A stretch of DNA of 64,000 bases from Ignavibacteriota bacterium (GTDB lineage Bacteria > Bacteroidota > Ignavibacteria > UBA10030): positions 912-64,911 of the forward strand of contig JAKEEG010000068.1 of the NCBI GenBank assembly GCA_022616555.1, given 5' to 3'. Positions 58,634 through 64,000 of this stretch are shown piece after piece. The notes below the pieces were generated by a model. That model made no database searches. It had not been told where the DNA came from and worked only from the letters and a program-made list of their open reading frames with translations. Made by a program: the position numbers and the translations under genes. Each line of letters begins with the position of its first letter. Within the stretch, counting starts at the first letter, position 1.

Positions 58634-59314
58634 ATGAGCTTTTCTTACCAGGAAAAACAATCTTCATCGCCACTGGTTGATGTCGTTTGGCGCACAGAGG
58701 ATCAAACTGATGGAATATACATCGCTTCGGCTGATGCATGCTGGGATATGATTTTCATTACGAGCCGCGAGGGAAAAACCACGGTGTTACTGAGCGGACC
58801 CTGTTTCAAAACAACTCGTGTTCCTTATACGGCTGGCAATAAAAACTTCGGCATAAAATTCAGCTCGTGCACGGTCTTTACAAATATCCCAGTTGCCTCG
58901 ATGGTCAATGTGACAAAGAGCTTGCCTATGCCAACTGAAAATAGCTTTGAACTGCAAGGCATAACCTGGAAGCTCCCTACGTACGAAAGCGTCGATCAAT
59001 TTGTAGCAGAGCTGGAAAACCGTGGTTTGATAAAATCTGACCCGATTATCAAGAGCGTGCTTGAAGACAAAAACGCTGGTATTTCCCAGCGTTCCGTCCA
59101 GCGACATTTTATCAAGACCATCGGTATGTCTCCTCGCAGAGTAAAGCAAATCATCGCGGCCCGGACGGCAGTCGGGTTGCTCTTGCAGGGCGCACAAATA
59201 GCCGAAGTAGCCTATAAGCTCGGCTACGCGGACCAAGCCCACATGACCCGCATGCTCAAGCGTTTCACAGATTATACCCCCCTAGGCAACAAAATCAGAA
59301 ACCAGAAGGTTTAG
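58634..59314 (+). CDS. AraC-family transcriptional regulator
   Basis: About 226 aa from the ATG at 58634 (AGGAGA ribosome-binding site); C-terminal AraC helix-turn-helix (AEVAYKLGYADQAHMTRMLKRFTDYTP). Confidence 0.75.
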   Translation: MSFSYQEKQSSSPLVDVVWRTEDQTDGIYIASADACWDMIFITSREGKTTVLLSGPCFKTTRVPYTAGNKNFGIKFSSCTVFTNIPVASMVNVTKSLPMPTENSFELQGITWKLPTYESVDQFVAELENRGLIKSDPIIKSVLEDKNAGISQRSVQRHFIKTIGMSPRRVKQIIAARTAVGLLLQGAQIAEVAYKLGYADQAHMTRMLKRFTDYTPLGNKIRNQKV

Positions 59315-59363
59315 GTTTTCGTGTCGTTTTTGTTCAAGACTTCTTACAAGTGCCGCCATAAAT

Positions 59364-60674
59364 TTGCAGCCTAACAGAATTCCTATGAAAACTTCAACAG
59401 GTAAGTCCATGTCTCGTGGCAATTTCCTCAGGCTTTCAGTCCTGCTAGGCATTTCTTTGGCGAAGGTCGAGGTCTTGTCCGCTTTCGGTTTGAAAAAAGA
59501 ATATCTCAGCGGAAGAAGCAATATAACCAACAAGGAACAACATATGAACATGAAGCCATTCAAAATCGCAATTCCAGAAAAAAAGCTTAAGGATTTGCAC
59601 GAACGCCTCAAAAACACCCGCTGGCCCTATGAGATCCCGGGGGAAGGCTGGAAGCGCGGCATGCCTCTTGAGTATACTCAAAAACTAACAGAGTACTGGC
59701 GGACAAAGTTTGATTGGCGCGAGCAAGAAGCGAGGTTGAATAAATACCCACAATTTATTACTGAAATCGACAATCAACCCATCCACTTTCTGCACGTGCG
59801 ATCCACTGATGCCAAAGCTGTACCGCTCGTTCTGTGTCACAGCTACCCCGGTTCCTTCGTTGAGTTTTCTCGAATGATCGAACCATTAGTCAACCCTGGC
59901 AAGAACGAACAGGCTTTTCACCTTGTGATACCCTCACACCCGGGATATGGGTTCTCAACACCTGTTACAACAAAGGGCTGGGAAATCAGTAAAATGGCTG
60001 GCGCGTATGTTCGCATCATGCGTGAGCTTGGCTATGAGCGTTACGGCGTCCATGGCGGCGACATTGGAGCAGGCGTTTGCGAACAACTATGCATTCAGGC
60101 GGGAGACCAAGTCATTGGCTCGCTGATTACTACCGATCCTGGTGCCATTGCAACCGACTTTACACCACCCACAGATCATTTGAGTGAAGATGAAAAAAAA
60201 CGCCATCAAGAGTTGAAATCCGCACGAAGTGAAGATTTCGGTTATCTTCAAATTCAATCTACCCGCCCGCAGACGCTTGCTTACGGTCTCACCGACTCGC
60301 CGGTCGCACAGATGACTTGGATTGTAGAAAAGTTCAAAGCGTGGACTGACCCTACAAAAGCACTCCCCGAAGACGCTGTAGATATCGATCAGCTACTGAC
60401 GAATGTCAGCATCTACTGGTTTGGACGAGGTGGAGCGGGCGCAGCGAATTTTATTTACGAAGCTTTTCATGCTCATCCTGCGTGGGGCCAAACACATAAC
60501 GTACCGCAGGGATGTGTCGTGTTCGGCAAAGAGCAATTGGTGCGCAGGATTATGGATCCGGAGCAAAAATTGGCTTACTGGAACGAGCATGAACGTGGAG
60601 GGCACTTCCCTACCATGGAATCACCAGAAGCACTTGTTGGCGACATTCGCGCATTCTTTCAAAAGTTAAAATAA
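59364..60674 (+). CDS. Epoxide hydrolase (alpha/beta hydrolase with an epoxide hydrolase N-terminal domain), paralog 1
   Basis: Epoxide-hydrolase N-terminal-domain motif (RWPYEIPGEGWKRGMPLEYTQKLTEYWRTKFDWREQE); alternative starts at 59409 (signal-peptide-like) or 59544 (best ribosome-binding site). Confidence 0.8.
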   Translation: MQPNRIPMKTSTGKSMSRGNFLRLSVLLGISLAKVEVLSAFGLKKEYLSGRSNITNKEQHMNMKPFKIAIPEKKLKDLHERLKNTRWPYEIPGEGWKRGMPLEYTQKLTEYWRTKFDWREQEARLNKYPQFITEIDNQPIHFLHVRSTDAKAVPLVLCHSYPGSFVEFSRMIEPLVNPGKNEQAFHLVIPSHPGYGFSTPVTTKGWEISKMAGAYVRIMRELGYERYGVHGGDIGAGVCEQLCIQAGDQVIGSLITTDPGAIATDFTPPTDHLSEDEKKRHQELKSARSEDFGYLQIQSTRPQTLAYGLTDSPVAQMTWIVEKFKAWTDPTKALPEDAVDIDQLLTNVSIYWFGRGGAGAANFIYEAFHAHPAWGQTHNVPQGCVVFGKEQLVRRIMDPEQKLAYWNEHERGGHFPTMESPEALVGDIRAFFQKLK

Positions 60675-60761
60675 CCGCGCTGCTTGATTGAGTAACGATT
60701 CCCCCTTTTAACACTCTGAGCGTCATCAAAGACAAATCACACAATAAACAGGAGGATAGCT

Positions 60762-62009
60762 ATGTTGAGAAAAATGGTCATCGTCACATGTTGTGTGATT
60801 ATGACAGTTAGTCTTTGTCTTCTAGATACAAACGCTCAAAACAAATCACAGAACGGCAGCCATTCCTCTGCGAAGGATCCACATATGGTCAATGACATCA
60901 AACCGTATAAAATTAACGTTGATCAAAAAATACTCGATGATTTAAAACAGCGAGTCGAGAAAACGACCTGGCCGAATGTTATTGAAGGCCAAAACTACGG
61001 TGGACCTCCGCTGAAAGACATGCAGGAGCTAACACGTAAACTTCTGAAGTTTGATTGGCGGAAGAAGGAAGCAGAGCTAAATAAACTGCCGCATTTCATC
61101 ACTGAGATTGAGGGCCAAAGCTTCCATTTCATACACGTGAAATCAAAGCACAAAAATGCAATACCGCTAATGCTTATTCACGGCTGGCCGGGGTCGATTG
61201 TTGAATTCCTGGATGTTATTGAGCCGCTGACGAATCCGGCCACAGGTAAGCCGGCATTTGACTTGGTCATTCCATCCTTGCCGGGCTTCGGATTTTCCGG
61301 CCCAACGAAAGATGCCGGCTGGACCACCAACCGAATTGCCAAAGCATTGAACGAACTCATGGGTCGTCTTGGGTACAAGAAATATGGCGTTCAAGGCGGG
61401 GATGCGGGAGCAATTATCGGCCCGGAAATGGCTCGCCTCGCGCCTGAAAAATTCATCGGCGTGCATGTCAATGCCGCAACGCTGGGCTTCATCCCCATGG
61501 GTCCGGTATCGGAAGCGGATATCGCAGCGTTTACTCCGGCAGAAAAGGAACGCTTGCAACGTTTGCAGGATTTTGTGCAAACAAAGTTCGGCTTTAACAT
61601 TATTCAGTCGCACCAGCCTCAGTTGCTTGCCTATGCGCTTTCCGATTCACCCGTGGGACTAATGGCTTGGATAAGCCAACTGTTCTCAGGGACTGAACTT
61701 GAACAGCAATTCCTGACGAACTTCATGATCTATTGGGTTACCGGGACGGCTGCATCGAGCATTCGCTGGTACTACGAAAGCGCGCATGACCCGGCCGCGT
61801 GGGCGCCAAAAGCCAATTCCGGTGTGCCCACGGGCGTAGCTATTTATCAAGACGAAGATATTGGGCTACGGAAGTTCGGCGAGCAAAGCAACACTATTGT
61901 TCGCTGGAAGGAGTACGAAAAGGGAGGACACTATGCGGTGATGAAAGCGTCAGAAGTTTGGACGAACGACGTCCGCGAGTTCTTTGCCGATTTGAAAGCT
62001 GCTAAGTAG
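60762..62009 (+). CDS. Epoxide hydrolase, paralog 2, secreted
   Basis: 415 aa; signal peptide; same domain organisation as paralog 1 (HGWPGSIVEF, GGDAGA). Confidence 0.85.
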   Translation: MLRKMVIVTCCVIMTVSLCLLDTNAQNKSQNGSHSSAKDPHMVNDIKPYKINVDQKILDDLKQRVEKTTWPNVIEGQNYGGPPLKDMQELTRKLLKFDWRKKEAELNKLPHFITEIEGQSFHFIHVKSKHKNAIPLMLIHGWPGSIVEFLDVIEPLTNPATGKPAFDLVIPSLPGFGFSGPTKDAGWTTNRIAKALNELMGRLGYKKYGVQGGDAGAIIGPEMARLAPEKFIGVHVNAATLGFIPMGPVSEADIAAFTPAEKERLQRLQDFVQTKFGFNIIQSHQPQLLAYALSDSPVGLMAWISQLFSGTELEQQFLTNFMIYWVTGTAASSIRWYYESAHDPAAWAPKANSGVPTGVAIYQDEDIGLRKFGEQSNTIVRWKEYEKGGHYAVMKASEVWTNDVREFFADLKAAK

Positions 62010-62046
62010 CAAACACCTTTATAAACGCAAACCACAGTTTGAGGCA

Positions 62047-62074
62047 GGCGACGTTATATAACGTCGCCTGCGCG
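62047..62074. repeat. Palindrome family E, copy 3 (ggcgacgttatataacgtcgcc-tgcgcg)
   Basis: Near-identical to the copy at 88-109; lies downstream of the epoxide hydrolase 2 stop. Confidence 0.5.
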
Positions 62075-62089
62075 TTAATGCTAGAAAAG

Positions 62090-62190
62090 CAGACCCCATC
62101 CTCACCTTCCCCTAAGAGGGGAAGGGATAAAGGCGCAAAATAATTAGCGTACATCCCCTCTCCTATTAGGAGAGGGACAGGGTGAGGTCT
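62090..62190. repeat. Nested-hairpin intergenic repeat, family D, copy 2 (with a 27 nt internal insertion)
   Basis: agaccccatcctcaccttcccctaagaggggaagg...ccctctcctattaggagagggacagggtgaggtct. Confidence 0.6.
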
Positions 62191-62204
62191 CATAAACGCG
62201 AGAC

Positions 62205-63194
62205 CTACCTCTCCCACAACTTCCCCCTCCCAAATTCCAACTGTCGAGTTACCTCAAACATTTTAAAATCGGGATTGAGCATATGGAGATCCACAGCCAA
62301 CGAATCCGTTGTCACTGTTACAACAACGAAATGAAATGTTCTTATCTCCAGCGAATTACTGAACAGATCTTTGTACTCGGCATCCTCACCTACTCTGAGC
62401 GGCTGGCGGGAACCACCACCTCCACCGATCACGAGAAAGTCTTTTTCATTTATATGGAATCGCTCGTATGCATGTGCATGCCCGCCGAGGAACACTTTGG
62501 CTTTGTTGGAGCTGTAGAATCCTGGAAGAAAATCCTGCTGGACTTCTTCCGAACCGGAGACAATCTTGCTGTTCGTGTACGGTGAATGGTGGCAACCGAC
62601 AAGGACAAAATCGACTGTTGAGTCAGCATCGTATTGCTGCAATGTACTGTTATACGACACGAGTTGACTGTCTCTCTCTGCCTCAGATAGCTTGCCGAAA
62701 TTCGAGTTAAACAGCACCACGGCGAGGTTGCCCAACTGAGTGGCATACCCGGTCAATGACGCATCGGGATAGCGAGAGGTGAAATTCTTGATTGCCCCCG
62801 AGAAAAATATATACTCATGGTTCCCGGCAATGGGATAAAAATCGCCGCCCTGCTTGCTCAATGCTGACACAAACTCATCCAGCTCCTCCCACCCTTTCTT
62901 GTTGAAGCTACTCGAGACCATATCTCCCAAATGATACACCGCGTCGGGCTGTAGGTCGAGCACCTTCCGGAAAATCTTTTTCCGCGCCTCGGCGTTGTTA
63001 TGGTAACCGAGATATAATCGCTCGAACCACATGGGCTCCTGCGTGTCGCTGAGAAAGCAAACGATGAGCGTGTCGTTTTGCGGGATTTGTGTATCCTGCG
63101 CAAGGCTAGGCGATGTCCACACGAGCGCAAATACCACGCTCGCGAGAATCGCCGTCTGAAACCATGTTTGTGTTCTTTTAATTTCTATCGTCAT
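62205..63194 (-). CDS. Secreted metallophosphoesterase (calcineurin-like phosphoesterase)
   Basis: About 330 aa from the ATG at 63194 (signal peptide MTIEIKRTQTWFQTAILASVVFALV); metallophosphoesterase motifs (GDMVS, GNHEY, GGHAHAYER). Confidence 0.75.
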   Translation of the reverse strand: MTIEIKRTQTWFQTAILASVVFALVWTSPSLAQDTQIPQNDTLIVCFLSDTQEPMWFERLYLGYHNNAEARKKIFRKVLDLQPDAVYHLGDMVSSSFNKKGWEELDEFVSALSKQGGDFYPIAGNHEYIFFSGAIKNFTSRYPDASLTGYATQLGNLAVVLFNSNFGKLSEAERDSQLVSYNSTLQQYDADSTVDFVLVGCHHSPYTNSKIVSGSEEVQQDFLPGFYSSNKAKVFLGGHAHAYERFHINEKDFLVIGGGGGSRQPLRVGEDAEYKDLFSNSLEIRTFHFVVVTVTTDSLAVDLHMLNPDFKMFEVTRQLEFGRGKLWER

Positions 63195-63328
63195 ACAAAA
63201 ATCCAAATCCGCTTTTATCTGTGCTTTTATCCGCTGTTTCAGCGTCCCACTGCTTCTATCAAAAACAACAATCCCCCGCTCGCGCAAATGAACGGGGGAT
63301 TTAAACGTTAACCCTTCCAAATGATGCA

Positions 63329-64000
63329 CTACTTCTTTTCTATGCTCGGATTCACGACGGGATACTCGTCGCCCAGGAAATTCCAGTCTTCGAAACTGCC
63401 GTCGTATAAGACAACTTCGTAGCCGAGGGATTTCGCCGCCGCGTACACGAGCGACGCCGTCTGCCCAACGTGACAGTACGTAACGACCTTCGACCCAAGG
63501 GTTACCCCTGCCTCATCGAACATCTTCTTCAGCGACGCAACGTCCTTCAAGTGTGTCGTGCTGTCGACAACAGTATTGAACGGGATGTTCTTAGCTCCCT
63601 TTATATGCCCCTGCCGACGCACACCGCCGCCGTTGCCGTCGTAGAAATTCTTCGTCCGGGCATCGATGACAACAATGTTGGGAGAATTGAGGTTGTCCTT
63701 CACCCAATCCGCATCAGCAATCACAGACGGATTCAACTTGAGTGTCAACGAAGTGCGTTTCACGACAGGGGTTTCCGTAGAGACAGGCCTACGCTCGTTT
63801 TTCCACGCCTCGAACCCGCCATCCAGCAACGAGATGGATCCTCCAAGGCCGTAGTACGTAAGGGCAATCATCGTACGCGCGGCTGGCGTAATATTGGCTC
63901 CCGTGAAACAAAGTACAATGCGTGAATCGTTTGTGACTCCCAAACCTTCCAACAACGTATCCGCTTTCTCGGGTGACGCCATTTCAGCATTCAGGTCGGG
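63329..64000 (-). CDS. Rhodanese-domain sulfurtransferase (thiosulfate/3-mercaptopyruvate type), 5' end beyond the window
   Basis: C-terminal active rhodanese domain with the catalytic Cys in TYCHVGQTASL; the N-terminal domain is cut by the window edge. Confidence 0.7.
   Translation of the reverse strand, partial: PDLNAEMASPEKADTLLEGLGVTNDSRIVLCFTGANITPAARTMIALTYYGLGGSISLLDGGFEAWKNERRPVSTETPVVKRTSLTLKLNPSVIADADWVKDNLNSPNIVVIDARTKNFYDGNGGGVRRQGHIKGAKNIPFNTVVDSTTHLKDVASLKKMFDEAGVTLGSKVVTYCHVGQTASLVYAAAKSLGYEVVLYDGSFEDWNFLGDEYPVVNPSIEKK

Noticed and set aside
1-64000. tRNA, rRNA, tmRNA and SRP RNA genes
   Set aside because: No T-loop or anticodon-arm-like cloverleaf candidates or conserved SRP/tmRNA motifs seen by eye in any intergenic region; the intergenic structured elements are better explained as repeat families

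Overview
This 64 kb window is a gene-dense bacterial chromosomal segment at roughly 55-60% GC by eye. Gene content points to the Bacteroidota/Chlorobiota/Ignavibacteriota (FCB) lineage: a fused lpxC-fabZ, the uppS-bamA-skp-skp-lpxD-lpxC/fabZ-lpxA cluster, a MoaC-MoaB fusion, and a TonB/ExbB/ExbD operon with SPOR, beta-barrel and giant TPR partners. In window order the genes are clpS, a RelE/antitoxin pair, alaS, an archaeal-type GGGP-synthase-family prenyltransferase, gmhA, a polyprenyl-phosphate sugar transferase, the TonB-ExbD-ExbB-SPOR-OMP-TPR operon (minus strand), carB, moaC/moaB, acnA, msrQ-msrP, a HerA-like ATPase following a sensor PP2C phosphatase, a heme-c-motif membrane nucleotide cyclase, a DinB-family protein, mutS, a CPXCG zinc finger, a papain-like peptidase-domain protein, DUF309, NSS and AGCS symporters, isoaspartyl peptidase/asparaginase, surE, a beta-lactamase-family hydrolase, panB, a lipoate ligase-like protein, the lipid A/BamA/Skp/UppS cluster, clpC, an AT-rich three-gene accessory island (3TM protein, Zn-ribbon-DUF4145 protein, PD-(D/E)xK-like protein), an AraC regulator with two tandem epoxide hydrolases, a metallophosphoesterase and a window-truncated rhodanese sulfurtransferase. 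I found no rRNA, no tRNA and no CRISPR array. The intergenic DNA is unusually rich in short structured repeat families: TAGGGG-N-CCCCTA palindromes mostly in 5' leaders, a nested-hairpin element in three copies, a CCTCCCCC...GAGGGGGACAG element in three copies, a GGCGACG...CGTCGCC palindrome in three copies, a pair of about 90 bp elements each with a nearby terminator hairpin, and CAAATGA arrays. The two most interesting candidate systems are the AT-rich island between clpC and araC and the PP2C-phosphatase/HerA pair next to the CxxCH-sensor cyclase.
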